A stretch of DNA of 64,000 bases from Octopus vulgaris (taxonomy: Eukaryota). Of this stretch, positions 13,980-26,860 are shown in pieces. Both the position numbers and the translations under genes were made by a program. Location: contig OX597842.1 of NCBI GenBank assembly GCA_951406725.2, positions 27,466,001-27,530,000 on the forward strand. The letters run 5' to 3'. Position 1 is the stretch's first letter, and every line of letters begins with the position of its first letter. The notes beneath the pieces are model-generated. The model ran no database searches and was not told the DNA's origin. It saw only the letters and a program-made list of their open reading frames with translations.

Positions 13980-14084
13980 TAAAACGAATCGCGCCTTCCC
14001 CGGAACCAGCTTCATCAACCGCGTCGAAGAATTACAGTTTGCACATCACCAGCAACGAAGCAACAGAAAATACCGACGAAAACA

Positions 14085-14960
14085 ATGAATCTCCCGGAAC
14101 AAAACCCAGCGGCCAACATCGACATGGCATTCCAAGCGGCGATCTCGTTAAAAATTCCACCATTCTGGACCCACGACCCGACATTGTGGTTTCACCATAT
14201 AGAGGCACAGTTTGCCTCTCACAGAATATCGAGCGATGCGGCTCGACTTTCTCACGTTATCAGTTCTCTGTCACCAGAAATAACGAACGTGATACGCGAC
14301 CTTATCATGGCACCACCCGGTTCTGTTTCATATGAAGTTTTTAAAACTACGTTAATAAACAGAACCTCAGAATCCCAACAAAAAAGACTTCACCAGCTTC
14401 TGATATCGGAAGAATTGGGTGACAAAACGCCGTCCCAGCTTCTTCGGAGAATGAAACAGCTTCTCGGAGATGAGACGCTCCCAGAAAAAATCTTCAAGCA
14501 ACTTTTTCTCCAGCGTCTGCCCTCCAATACCCAGGTTGTTCTCGCGTCCACCAGAGAAAACACATCCCTTGAAGAACTGGCGGAGCTAGCTGACAAAATA
14601 GCCGAAGTACCGCACAGATATCCAACGGTATCGACGGTGACGCCAGCCGCTCCCAGTACCAATCCTTTCCGTGCACAAACCAGTTCTTCAGAGATTTCGG
14701 ATTTGCGTGCATTAATGACGCAGCAAGCTGCGCAAATACAAATTCTCACAGCCCAAATACAAGCCCTAAAGTTTAGTCCCCAGCGTCGAAGCACCAGCCG
14801 ATCTCGACGAGATGGCAGACGGTCTCGAAGCCCCAGTGCTACCCGAAACTCACATGACACGTGTTGGTACCACCGAACATTCGGAACACGGGCACAAAAA
14901 TGTACGGTGCCGTGCTCGTTTTCCTCACCCAGTTCGGGAAACGGCACAGCCAGGAATTGA
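14085..14960 (+). CDS. gag: Gypsy Gag
   Basis: [52 protein letters not shown]. Confidence 0.9.
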   Translation: MNLPEQNPAANIDMAFQAAISLKIPPFWTHDPTLWFHHIEAQFASHRISSDAARLSHVISSLSPEITNVIRDLIMAPPGSVSYEVFKTTLINRTSESQQKRLHQLLISEELGDKTPSQLLRRMKQLLGDETLPEKIFKQLFLQRLPSNTQVVLASTRENTSLEELAELADKIAEVPHRYPTVSTVTPAAPSTNPFRAQTSSSEISDLRALMTQQAAQIQILTAQIQALKFSPQRRSTSRSRRDGRRSRSPSATRNSHDTCWYHRTFGTRAQKCTVPCSFSSPSSGNGTARN

Positions 14961-14998
14961 ACGCGACGGAAGTTCCTGGTTCGCACCCACACAGTCGC
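14936..14998 (+). promoter_or_regulatory. -1 programmed ribosomal frameshift signal (slippery heptamer plus H-type pseudoknot)
   Basis: G GGA AAC in gag phase, 6-nt spacer, stem 1 gccaggaat/gttcctggt, stem 2 gcgac/gtcgc; pol is in the -1 frame. Confidence 0.8.
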
Positions 14999-17900
14999 CT
15001 GTTTTTCGTTTGCGATCGTGTAACAGGCACGCGTTTCCTGGTTGACACAGGTGCGGAAGTCAGCATCATACCAGTCTCCAACACTTCTGGAAAAAGAAAA
15101 GAGACATCAGTCTGTCTTCAGGCAGTCAACCATTCACCCATTCCAACCTACGGTGAACAGTCCCTAACATTAAACATAGGACTACGCCGCACATTTCAGT
15201 GGGTATTCGTCGTCGCTAAACTGCCGACCCCTATCTTAGGAGCCGATTTCCTGCATCATTTCGGTCTCCTGGTAGACATAAAGAACAGACGACTTGTCGA
15301 CACCACCACCAAGCTTACTGTGCGCGGTATAGCCGCTCGAATGGACACAGTCAGCCCAACTGTAATGCTTACGACAACGACTCGTCACAGTTCCATCCTG
15401 AATGATTATCCAGATGTCGCCCGGCCAGTTTTTCATAACCAGCCGATAAAGCACGACGTTACCCACCACATCAAAACCAGCGGTCCACCTGTTGCTGCAA
15501 GGCCCAGAAGGTTACCACCTGATCGTCTCCAGGCCGTCAAGCGGGAATTCCAGCACATGCTCGACCTCGGAATCATCCGCGTTTCCAGCAGCAACTGGTC
15601 CTCGCCGATACACTGCGTCCCCAAAAAATCATCGACCGATTGGCGGGTTTGCGGCGATTATCGATCACTGAATAAAAGCACTATCAGTGATGCCTATCCG
15701 GTGCCTTTTCTTCAGGACTTTTCGAGCTCGCTGCATGGAGCTCGCATCTTTTCAAAAATCGACCTGGTGCGAGCATACAACCAAATCCCAGTCGAACCTG
15801 CAGACATCTCAAAGACAGCAGTGACTACACCTTTCGGAATGTTTGAATTCCTGCGTATGCCTTTCGGTTTACGAAACGCGGCACAGACATTCCAAAGGTT
15901 TATCGACATGGTGACTAGAGGTTTGCCTTTCGTCTATGCCTACATAGACGACATACTCGTGGCCAGTAACTCGGACGAAGAGCATAATCAACACCTTCAC
16001 CTGCTATTCGAACGTTTACGTAATTCGGAATTGTTATCAACCCTACTAAATGTTTGTTCGGAGTTGCTTCCCTTCATTTTCTCGGCCATATAGTCGATAA
16101 AAATGGAATTCGTCCCCTTCCCGAGAAAGTCAAGGCCATCGTGGATTTTCCACCACCCACATCTCTCCGCAAATTAAGGGAATATCTCGGTCTAGCGAAT
16201 TTCTATCGACGGTTCGTGCCCCACCTCGCTGAAATAGCGCAACCGCTCACGGATTTGCTACGTCAGCGAACCTGCAAAAATGCAGATATAGCTCTGACCG
16301 AAGATCAACTCATTTCTTTCGCTGCCCTGAAAAAAGCGTTATCTAGCGCTACCATGTTGGTTTATCCAAAACCAGACGCCCCACGATGTTTACTCGTTGA
16401 TGCATCCGATTCCGGAATCGGAGCTGTGCTACAACAGCTTGTTGACGGTATATGGCAACCGTTGTCTTTCTTTTCTAAGCGGTTAAAACCCGCGGAAACC
16501 AAATACAGCACATTCAGTCGGGAATTATTGGCGGCATACCTGGCCGTTAAGCATTTCCGTCATATGCTAGAAGGTACCAATTTTGCCATATATACCGACC
16601 ACAAGCCATTAGTATACGCATTTAACACCAAACCGGATCGCCATTCGCCGAGAGAAATTCGTCACCTCGACTTCATATCGCAGTACACGACGGATATACG
16701 CCACATCAAAGGGACGACCAACGTGGCAGCCGATGCACTTTCACGTGCGCAGATCAATGCTATCCACACCACGTCTACAATTGATCTGGCACGTATAGCA
16801 GCTGACCAGGAGAATGACGAAGAACTTCTAAAGCTCCGGAATTCGTCATCTCTGAAATTTCAGCATGTTCCACTACCATCATCCACAGCCCATATTTGGT
16901 GTGATATTTCCACTGGTTACCAACGCCCTTATGTACCACAGAAATATCGTCGAGAAGTTTTCTCCGCTCTACATTCTCTGTCACATCCTGGTATTCGCTC
17001 CACTCAAAAGCTAATATCGACCCGTTTTGTGTGGACCAGTATCAACAAGGATATCAGAGAATGGACCAAGTGCTGTGTTGCGTGCCAAAAAGCGAAAATC
17101 CACCGGCACATAAAATCACCAATCGGTTCATTTTCGCAGCCCGATGCACGATTTCAGCACGTTCACATTGATATCGTTGGACCCCTACCACCTTCGCAGA
17201 ACTATTCATATTTGCTAACTTGCGTAGATAGGTTCTCGCGATGGCCCGAAGCCTGGCCCTTATCTGATATATCAGCAGAAACGGTCGCTAAAACACTGAT
17301 ATCACAATGGGTTTCGCGTTTTGGCACACCCGCAACAATTACCACCGACAGAGGACGTCAGTTCGATTCCCACCTTTTCACCGAGCTGACTCGTCTCCTC
17401 GGGTGTAAACACACCCGCACTACAGCTTACCACCCTGCAGCAAATGGCATGGTGGAGCGCTTTCACCGCCAACTCAAGGCATCTATAAAAGCAGCTCCAG
17501 ACAGTTCTCACTGGTTGGAACATCTCCCTCTCATCCTCCTTGGAATTCGATCCACGATTAAGGAAGAACTGGGATATACTCCGGCCGAACTCGTTTATGG
17601 CACAACACTCACCTTACCTGGGCAGATGATCGAACCTGTTTCACAAAACTTCCCTGACCCACAACAATATGTGCACCGATTACGAACATCCATGTCGCAA
17701 GTATCACCCTCAGGCCCTAGACAACAGAACGTCGTTTCACGTGTCCCAAAAGATATCAACACATGGACTCATGTCTTCGTGAGGAATGATGGGATACCCT
17801 CTCAACTTCGACCACCATATTCCGGGCCCTACAAGGTCATCAAAAGAGAACCCAAGTATTTCGTCCTCGATATTGGAGGTAAACGAAATACGGTCTCGAT

Positions 17901-18101
17901 TGATCGTTTAAAAAAGCTTTCATCGAGGAGGACTTACATTCAGTCCCCTCTTTTCCTCAAACAGACTCGGCAACTCCAGCGAACATCACAGATTCTGCAC
18001 AACCCCGACACACCAAATCAGGAAGAACAGTTCGATGGCCAGCAAGGTTTGTGCAAGTTTTTCGGGTAAGTTCTGAACTCCTAACGTATCCATCTTCCTA
18101 A
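14942..18101 (+). CDS. pol: Gypsy Pol (protease, RT, RNase H, integrase) with two single-base frameshifts near 16022 and 17912
   Basis: [10 protein letters not shown]; YIDD; LLVDAS; HHCC motif, [23 protein letters not shown]; GPY; C-terminal [12 protein letters not shown] is recovered by adding one A at the A-run. Confidence 0.92.
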
Positions 18102-18650
18102 TGAACACATAACTGCATCACCCACCCAGAGAAATCAAAGAACATTTGTGTACGTAAAGAAAAAAAAAATGAAAACAAAAACTGTCTGTATGAACTTTTA
18201 CGGAACATTTCAAAATCGAACTTTGCCGATGAACATTTCTTTCATTTTTGCATGTACATATTTTTTGTTTTCTCTTCAAAATGTTTGCTTTCTCATAAAT
18301 ATATTTTTTTTGTTAACTGTATATCCACACACATTTACAAATCTTGTTCTCATGCGTGCTATCACTCGATATTTTTTCGCCACTGAAAGACACCTTGCCT
18401 CTATTAGACCTCTAGTAGGTCGAGTAATCAATAGACGCACATCTCTTTCAACGCGCCAACATAATTCTGCCTGGGCACATATACATATTGCCCACCATAT
18501 AGCACACACAAATTGTAAACCTTTCATGCATATTTTTATCGTTCAATGTGTAAAAAAATTTTTTTTTCTACATGCCCACAATCAAAAAAAAAAAAAAAAA
18601 TAATAATAATACATTTCCAATATCGTTCGATCTCTATGGCTTTCTCACTA

Positions 18651-18662
18651 GAAGGGGGGTAG
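18651..18662 (+). promoter_or_regulatory. Polypurine tract
   Basis: agaaggggggtag immediately before the 3' LTR. Confidence 0.85.
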
Positions 18663-19246
18663 TGTAAGAATTAGCACTTCCTTCTCAAAGCTTGGATTCG
18701 AAATCAGACCCAAGAATCATTGGTCGTAAAATACCAATGCACAAAAAGGCGCGAAATCAGAATCTCTTTGTTCTGACAAAAAATGATGGATCGTCTCCCT
18801 TCGACCTCTGACCCGAGCAGGTCAGGCGAAGTTTAACAGGACGACCAGCGACCTACTTTAATGATAACTCTCTTGCGGTATATCTATTTTTCTGGCTATT
18901 TGAGATGTTATAAATAGAACGGAGAAATAGGTATCTAGAGAGAACCCGAAACAACGTTTAAGAGAACGCCAGGCATTTATGAGAACGACGAAAGAATATT
19001 CAGAAAGGTGACTCTGTCATGCATGATTTACACACACGCACACACACACACCATCAAACATATTCTGCTTTAATGTGTATCCTGTATTATGCATTCCTTT
19101 AATATGTATTATTTGCAACCACTATTTAATATGCATTTTGTACAAGCGATGTGTAACATTGCTTACAAATTGATGTAGTGATAATAAATCTTTAATTTAT
19201 TACAAAGCACTTATGTATTTATTAATACATCCACGCATCCACTACA
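18663..19246 (+). repeat. 3' LTR
   Basis: Direct repeat of 13383-13966. Confidence 0.97.
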
Positions 19247-19250
19247 TATG

Positions 19251-19285
<35 letters not shown>

Positions 19286-19286
19286 G

Positions 19287-19337
<51 letters not shown>

Positions 19338-19354
19338 ATATATATATATGTATG

Positions 19355-19385
<31 letters not shown>

Positions 19386-20377
19386 GTAAATTTATACATA
19401 TATATATATATATGGTGGGCTTCTTTCAGTTTCTGTCTATCAAATCCTCTCACAAGTCTTTGGTTAGCCTGAGGCTATAGTAGAAGACACTTGTCAAAGG
19501 TGCCACGCAGTGGGACTGAACCTAGAACCATGTGGTTGGTAAGCAAGCTACTTATCACACCCACTCCTGTGCCTATATATTTACTAATTATTCATTTTAT
19601 CATCGGATTTAAGTTTTGCTTAATGAAAGCTTATAGAATGTTGGTTATATTTATTTTACAGATATATTTACAATTTAAAATGACCCCCTTTTGCCTTCCC
19701 CGTAACCCTTAATATTTTCTCACCTCTTAATTCTTTACACCAGCCATTTTCAATGCTAGAATTTGTTAACATTTTGTTTGAGCCACCAAATTTAATTACA
19801 CAAGAATGTTAGGAAGCCTCGTGCAGAGTTTACAACTAATTTAATAAATAAGAAAGTTTCAGTTTCTATTTCAATAACGAGGAAATTAATTATGCTTAAA
19901 TAACGGGTAAATGTATGTGCTGCCCCTGGTAAATGATGGACTGATCTGTTGACCATCCACTTTTGTGTTTAAAAAGTCAGTCCCCCTTGTTAATGCTACG
20001 TAACCTTTCTAAATGATGGACTGATCTGAAGGGGGTCATTTAATCAGTTAGACATAATAGTCTTAAGATAATTGTGTGTGTTAATCCTTTTCTTACCAGA
20101 TTTCTGTTGAAATGCATTGCCTTTGTTTCAATAAATTTTGGAAATAGTAAAGAATTCAATGAAATAACCTCGTCCTTACTAAGCTAGTGTTTGGAATACA
20201 AGTTTATTTGAAGCCTTGATGGAAGGTTTTACTTTAGATCTCTTTAAAACAGGGAATTCATACAATAAAAACAAGGGTGGTTTTCAGCAGGTTGGGATCA
20301 AAAGGGTTCAGCCTTATTGATATTACTATCTTTTATTAAATACAAAAAGTATATGTTTTCTTGTTCATCTTTTGCAG

Positions 20378-20559
20378 CTGATGGATCAGGAACCAGCATC
20401 CCCACCTATGCCGTAGTCATCATTTCTGTACTTTGTCTTGTAGCCATCCTCATAATCTGCTGTGTCAGATTCAAATGTCCTCCTTACATTTGGTTCAGGA
20501 ACCGTGTCAACGAGTGGATATCTTATAATGAATACCAGCTTCCACCGGTTGAAGTATAA
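20378..20559 (+). CDS. Terminal exon 1: short stalk, transmembrane helix and cytoplasmic tail (..YAVVIISVLCLVAILIICCV RFK...EYQLPPVEV*)
   Basis: ttcatcttttgcag| phase-1 acceptor compatible with the Ig exon B donor; hydrophobic 20-mer followed by basic residues. Confidence 0.72.
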
Positions 20560-21911
20560 AAATGCTATGTTTTTTTATTTTTATTTTTATAGACTTTCAA
20601 TGATTGCATTAACATATTCTGTTGTGTCTGGGGAGAGTCATTTTCTTTTTGTGCCTTATGATGTAACACATTTGATGTAGCATATTTGGTTTCTACTATA
20701 TTCCTTCCATATTATATACACCTTCATCATCATCATTGGTTTAGCCTCATCTTTTCAAAAACCCTGCTCAAGTGGTGGGGGGAACAAACACAAAGACACA
20801 CACACACACACAGTTTCCACCTCAGAAAGATCACACTCCAGGCAGTTTCCTACTTGATGTGTGTTTATTGCCATACTGGGGCACTGCCTGGAAGAAATTT
20901 TTTGCTGTTGAAGCCTTGTACTTATTCTATTGATCTCTTTTGCGAAACTGCTAAGTTACAGGGACATAAACCCACCAACACCTGTTGTCAAGTAGTGAGG
21001 AGGGAGGACAAACAGACACAGACCCCTTCCCCCATACACACATATATCTGTGATTATAATTTAATACATTTTTATTATGGATATTCAGGTAATGCATGCA
21101 CCATGACACATAGTAACCACCCAGGGGCAATACCTGGGGCACATCTACACATGAATGCTCCAAAGACTTACCTCATGACTTTCACAAAAATCTATATTTT
21201 TTAAGGAAATTTTCTACAAATCCACTTCAGATGGTGTAGATTCTTTTTATACTGGAATTTGATGTGACAAAATTTTCTGCCAAAAAATGTGATTTTTTTC
21301 TGAAAGCTATTTCTAACAAGTCAAGAGACCACATAATAGTTATGTTTGTGTTAATCTCCATGGCAATAGCAATATGTGAACAATGGATGATTTCGATTGG
21401 CTAAAATTACTTAACTTTAAGTGCATGTAACTTTTTTATTATTTGTTTTTAGAAATAATGAGTGTGGTTTTCATTATCAGTATCCAAAACTACATCAGAA
21501 CTATATTTTTTTAAAAGTAATCAGGTGAAAATTTGACATATTGATACAGTTTTGTAAAGTAATGAATGCCATGAAATTCATTTTCACCGTAGATCAATAC
21601 ATAAACAGCTAATAGTATTTTAATTTTGCGAATTTTGGATAATTTTATGTAGGTGCCTGTTTCCATAACAACAAGCCAAGTTGCTTACCATGTGTTCTTT
21701 TTCTCACTTTTTAAAAGCTAGTGTTTGGAACACAAGTTTATTTGAAGTCTTGATGGAAGGTTTTATTTTAGATCGCTTTAAAACAGGGAATTTGTACAAT
21801 AAAAACAAAGGCAGTTTTGAGCAGGTTGGGATCAAAAGGGTTCAGCCTTATTAATATTACTATCTTTTATTAAATACAAAAAGTATATGTTTTCTTGTTC
21901 ATCTTTTGCAG

Positions 21912-22288
21912 ATGAGGGTGCCGGAAGCAGCAGATCAGCAAACGGATCAGGAAGCAGCAGATCAGCAAATGGATCTGGAACCAGCAGCGCAGCAAATGGA
22001 TCAGGAAGCAGCAGATCAGCAAATGGATCAGGAAGCAGATCAGCAAATGGATCAGGAATCAGCAAAGCAGTTAATGGATCAGGAACCAGCATCCCCACCT
22101 GCGCCGTAGTCATCATTTCTGTACTTGGTCTTGTAGCCATCCTTCTCTTAATCTTCTCTGTCATATTCAAGTGGCTTCTTTACATTTGGATCAGGAACTG
22201 TGTCACCTGCAGGATATCTCGTAATGAATACCAGAATCCACCGGTTGAAGCATACAAATGCTATGTTTTTTTATTTTTCTTCTTATAG
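21912..22288 (+). CDS. Terminal exon 2 (duplicate): six-repeat NGS stalk, TM helix and tail (..EYQNPPVEAYKCYVFLFFFL*)
   Basis: Same acceptor context ttcatcttttgcag|, phase 1; open frame through roughly 27-bp repeats; paralog of 20378-20559. Confidence 0.7.
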
Positions 22289-22989
22289 ACTTTCAATGAT
22301 TGCATTAACATATTCTGTTGTGTCTGGGGAGAGTCATTTTCTTTTTGTGCCTTATGATGTAACACATTTGATGTAGTGGTTTAGCATCATCTTTTCAAAA
22401 ACCCTGCTCAAGTGGTGTGGGGAACAAACACAAACCCACCAACACCGGTTGTCAAGTAGTGGGGAGGGAGGACAAACACAGACACAAAGACCCCTTCCCC
22501 CATACACACATATGTCTGTGATTATAATTTAATGCAACTCATTTTTATTATGGATGTTCAGGTAATGCATGCACCATGACACATAGTAACCACCCAGGGG
22601 CAATACCTGAGGCACATCTACACATGAATGCTCCAATGACTTGCCTCATGACTTTCACAAAAATGTATATTTTTTAAGGAAATTTTCTACAAATCCACTT
22701 CAGATGGTGTAGATTCTTTTTATAATGGAATTTGATGTGACAAAATTTTCTGCCAAAAAATGGGATTTGTGTTCGTACGTATCCCACCAATTTATTTTTT
22801 CATATTAAATTCTGATATAATTACAATCTACAAACTCTGAAAGGAATTTGTAGAAATTTTCATTTTTCTGAAAGCTATGAAGAGACAAAGTCAGTGGAGC
22901 ATATCTGTGTGTGTGTGTGCTAATTGGTTTCACATAAATATTTTTCATTATAATTTTAAAGACTACATTTTTATTATTATTATTATTGC

Positions 22990-23850
22990 CTTTGTTTCAA
23001 TAAATTTTGGAAATATAAAGAATTCAATGAAATAATTTTGTCCTTACTAAGCTAGTGTTTGGAACACAAGTTTATTTGAAGCCTTGATGGAAGGTTTTAC
23101 TTTAGATCTCTTTAAAACAGGGAATTCATACAATAAAAACAAGGGTGGTTTTCAGCAGGTTGGGATCAAAAGGGTTCAGCCTTATTGATATTACTATCTT
23201 TTATTAAATACAAAAGGGTATATGTGTTTATTGATCATCTTTTGAAGATTAGCAAACAACAAGATTTGGATCTAATGTATCCAGATGTATCCTACTCACT
23301 ACAGATAGCGAAACAACATTTAAGAAGTTGATTATCCAAGTGGGATCACTGCCAGAGCAGCTGTCTGGCTTCCGTTCCAGTGGGCACGTAAAAAGCACCA
23401 TTTGAGCGTGATCATTACCAGCGTCGCCTTACTGGCATGTGAACAAAACATCCTAGCGAGGTCGTTGCCAGTGCCGCTGGACTGACTCCTGTGCACGTGG
23501 CACATAAAAAACCACCATTTCGAGCATGGCCGTTGCCAGTACCACCAAACTGGCCCTCATGCCGGTGGTACGTAAAAAGCACCCACTACACTCTCGGAGT
23601 GGTTGGGCGTCCAGCTGTAGAAACTCTGCCAGATCAAGACTGGAGCCTGGTGCAGCCATCTGGTTCGCCAGCCCTCAGTCAAATCGTCCAACCCATGCTA
23701 GCATGGAAAGCGGACGTTAGATGATGATGAGGAGGAGGAGGAGGAGGAACCAGCATATACATCTATGCCATAGCCATCCTTCTCATAACCCATTCCATAC
23801 TTTCTAAAGAACACCAGAATTCAATGGAGGCATAAAAATGCTACATTCTG
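22990..23850 (+). pseudogene. Third, decayed copy of the terminal TM exon cassette
   Basis: Upstream intron copy matches 20120-20377; acceptor changed to tttgaag; SINE inserted at about 23350-23730; remnants ggaaccagcat..tatgcc..gccatccttctc..gaacaccagaat..gaggcataaaaatgcta. Confidence 0.6.
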
Positions 23851-24639
23851 TGAATTCCATTTTTCAACATTGGCCAACCTTGTTATAGACCTTCACAGAT
23901 TTCCATGCTGGCATGGGGCTGGACGCTTTGACCAGAGGTCATCAGCTGAGAAGCTGCACCGGGTCCCTGTCTGATTCAGCTTCATTTCTATGGCTGGATG
24001 ACCTTTCTAATGCCAACCACTCCTGAGAGCGTCCTAGGTGCTACTGGCAGGTGGGTTTTACCACATGGCAGAAGAACAAGCCAACCCTCTCCACTAGAGT
24101 GTGTTTCTTTAACACTCAGGCTGTGGTGGTTGGGTCCCCTTCAGTACAGGTCCCCTTCAGTACTTGTTGGCTATAATTTTAGAAACCCTGAAATTCAAAT
24201 TCAGGAAATATTCTTTTCTGCTCTAAGCACAAAGCCCGAAATTTTGGGAGAGGGGATCAGTCGCTTAGGTCGAACCCAGTATGCAACTGCTACTTAATTT
24301 ATTGACCCTGAGGGGCCGAAAGGCAAAGTTAACCTCAGAATGTAAAGACAGAAATACCTATTTCTTTACTACCTACAAGGGGCTAAATACAGAGGGGACA
24401 AACAAGGATGGATTAAGTCGATTATATCGACCACAGTGCGTAACTGGTACTTATTTAATCGAGCCCGAAAGGATGAAAGGCAAAGCCAACCTTGGCGGAA
24501 TTTGAACTCAGAACGTAGTGGCAGAAAAAATACAGCTAAGCATTTCGCCCAGCATGCTAATGTTTCTGCCAGCTTGCCGCCTTAGATATATTTTTATTCA
24601 AAATTCAGGAAATATTGAATTTTAAAGAAATAATAAATA

Positions 24640-24702
24640 AAAACAAAAAGGAAAATAAATAAAAACAAAAAGATGGTAGAATTTTGTTTATAAAATTTTA
24701 TT
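24640..24702 (-). terminator. Putative minus-strand polyadenylation site
   Basis: AATAAA (24702-24697), CA about 21 nt downstream (24675-24674), then a U/GU-rich tract (tctttttgtttttatttattttcctttttgttttt). Confidence 0.5.
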
Positions 24703-25282
24703 TTCGCTTCTGTAAATTTCATCATGAAATTCAAATCTGTCCTGATGCTTAGAACTTGTCAGAGACACAGCATTTACATAAAAGTATACGTCATACATAA
24801 AAGAAAAAACAACAAAAAAAAACAATGTACATATAGCAATAAGAGCACACACGGAGAAAAGGGGGCAAACTTAGGGTTTCTAGTATAGGGGGGGGGGAGG
24901 GGGCTGTTACACAGACACGTACACACATGCACTGAAACATGTGTGTATAAACTGTGCCCAACACAAGAGCTTGTTAAAAACTTGCAATACAAAATTGTGC
25001 GTGCGCGTGTGTATATATACACACACATAAATACATATACGTATTTACTCATACATACATATATATATATCATCATCATCATCGTTTAACGTCCGTTTTC
25101 CGCGCTAGCACGGGTTGGACGGTTTCGACCAGGGTCTGGGGAGCTCGGGACTGCCCCAGGCTCCAGTCTAGTCTGGCAGTGTTTCTACAGCTGGATGCCC
25201 TTCCTAACGCCAACCACTCCGCAAGTGTAGTGGGTGTTTTTTACGTGCCACCTGCACAGGTGCCAGAGGGGTCTGGCATCGG

Positions 25283-25324
<42 letters not shown>

Positions 25325-25966
25325 GGGAGTATATCCAAACTTATTACTTATTATATTATATTTAACTTTTGGTTAGTTAAAAAAAAAGGTTAAAAGTTTA
25401 AGAATTTAAAAATTTTAAATATAAATTAAAAATTTTTTAATTTTAAATTTTATATATATATATATTGTATATTATATTAATTATATTTATTTTTTGTTTT
25501 TTATGTTTTGGTTTATGTCTATCACTGTTTGAGTTGCCTAATAGTGGCTTTATCTCTAATTTATATATATATATATATTAATAAATGAAATAAAACATAT
25601 GCATATATATAAACATATATGTACGTACCTACCTCTACATGTACATATATACACGCATATATGAGTACAGGACACCAAAGGGACGTCGAACACAAAGAGA
25701 AACGGAAACATAGACACAAACCAAAGGAACTGGACATTTATTTAAAAACAGCAAATATATATATAAGGGGATGAAAACAATTTTATTCAAATTTCTTGGT
25801 ACTTCAAGTTTCAAAACATGACGCTAATCTTAGAAATTTCCAAGGGCTAACAATTAGCATCAAGCTTTGAAACTCGAAGTACAAAGGAAACTAAATGAAA
25901 CAAATTTGATCCACACATGTAACTCCCAATGAATGATTTGAGTGCCCTTCTTTTGTTTCTCCACTC

Positions 25967-25997
<31 letters not shown>

Positions 25998-26009
25998 ATA
26001 TATAAGGAA

Positions 26010-26455
26010 TTAAGATCTCATTACAGACCAAACTATAAACTCTTAGTAAAAGACAGTCTAAAAGCTTGAAAAAGCTATTAACAAAGGCAAGGTTTGGCCT
26101 TAGCAACAAAGACCAACCATTCACTGTGTCTATAGGCAATGATAACCGGTGTTGTACATGCCAATTAATTCATACTGGCCCATATATGAACACAAAAAAT
26201 GTGTTGTAGTGTCCCCAATGTATTGTAGTGTCCTCTCTGTCTAAACTCGTATGGTGACTAAAAAATAGTGCAGTTGAAACCAATGAACATGACCGTCACC
26301 AAAACCATATGAACCTGAAGATTGCATAAATGCAAGAAAGTATACTAGTCCAATAAGAATGGACAATTAATATTTCATTTGTTCGTTAAGAATGGACAAT
26401 TAATATTGTGTTTCATACCTTTTTACTGTTTTATTTTATATGATTATAAATAAAA
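26010..26455 (+). mobile_element. Penelope-like element 3' fragment (partly duplicated at 28168-28440)
   Basis: LSKRQSKSLKKLLTKARF...NRCCTCQLIHTG (linker Zn motif before GIY-YIG) followed by a hammerhead motif. Confidence 0.65.
26311..26351 (+). ncRNA. Minimal hammerhead ribozyme motif
   Basis: gaac-CUGAAGA-uugcau(aa)augcaa-GAAA-G-UAUA-CUA-gucc. Confidence 0.65.
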
Positions 26456-26546
26456 TGTGAAAAACAGAGTTGGAATTCCTTTGAGTAGTATATTCTTCTA
26501 TACACAATCATACATACCCCTTTGTATGTGTGTGTGTGTGTGTGTA

Positions 26547-26605
<59 letters not shown>

Positions 26606-26608
<3 letters not shown>

Positions 26609-26860
26609 CGTGACTGACCAGGCTATCAGATGTTGGTACACACCGCTGGTCACAGTGCGCTTCGCATTGTTTTCGCCTTCAAATGACAGGTTTATCACAA
26701 AATCGACATTCAAGAGAAAACATCCAGCTCAAGTTATGGCTTCGGGTGTTGTGGCTTCGGATGGAAAGAAAATTCCTATAAAATTCTACAAAGCTGATGA
26801 AAAGATCAATGTTAATACTTACTAAAAGACTCAGAGAAACCAGGTATTGACATGGCTTAA
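26606..26860 (+). mobile_element. Tc1/mariner terminus fused to an internal transposase fragment; fragment repeated at about 26972, 28680, 32940, 33785 and 34100
   Basis: Starts after a TA tract (caccgtgactgaccaggctatc); KHPAQVMASGVVASDGKKIP..FYKADEKINVNTY resembles the K-P-VMVWG region of maT/DD37D-type transposases. Confidence 0.72.

Larger units (their letters stand above)
13383..19246 (+). mobile_element. Full-length Ty3/gypsy LTR retrotransposon (5864 bp), recently inserted
   Basis: 584-bp TG...CA LTRs (13383-13966, 18663-19246) with only 2 differences seen; TATG 4-bp TSD; PBS, PPT; gag and PR-RT-RH-IN order. Confidence 0.97.
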
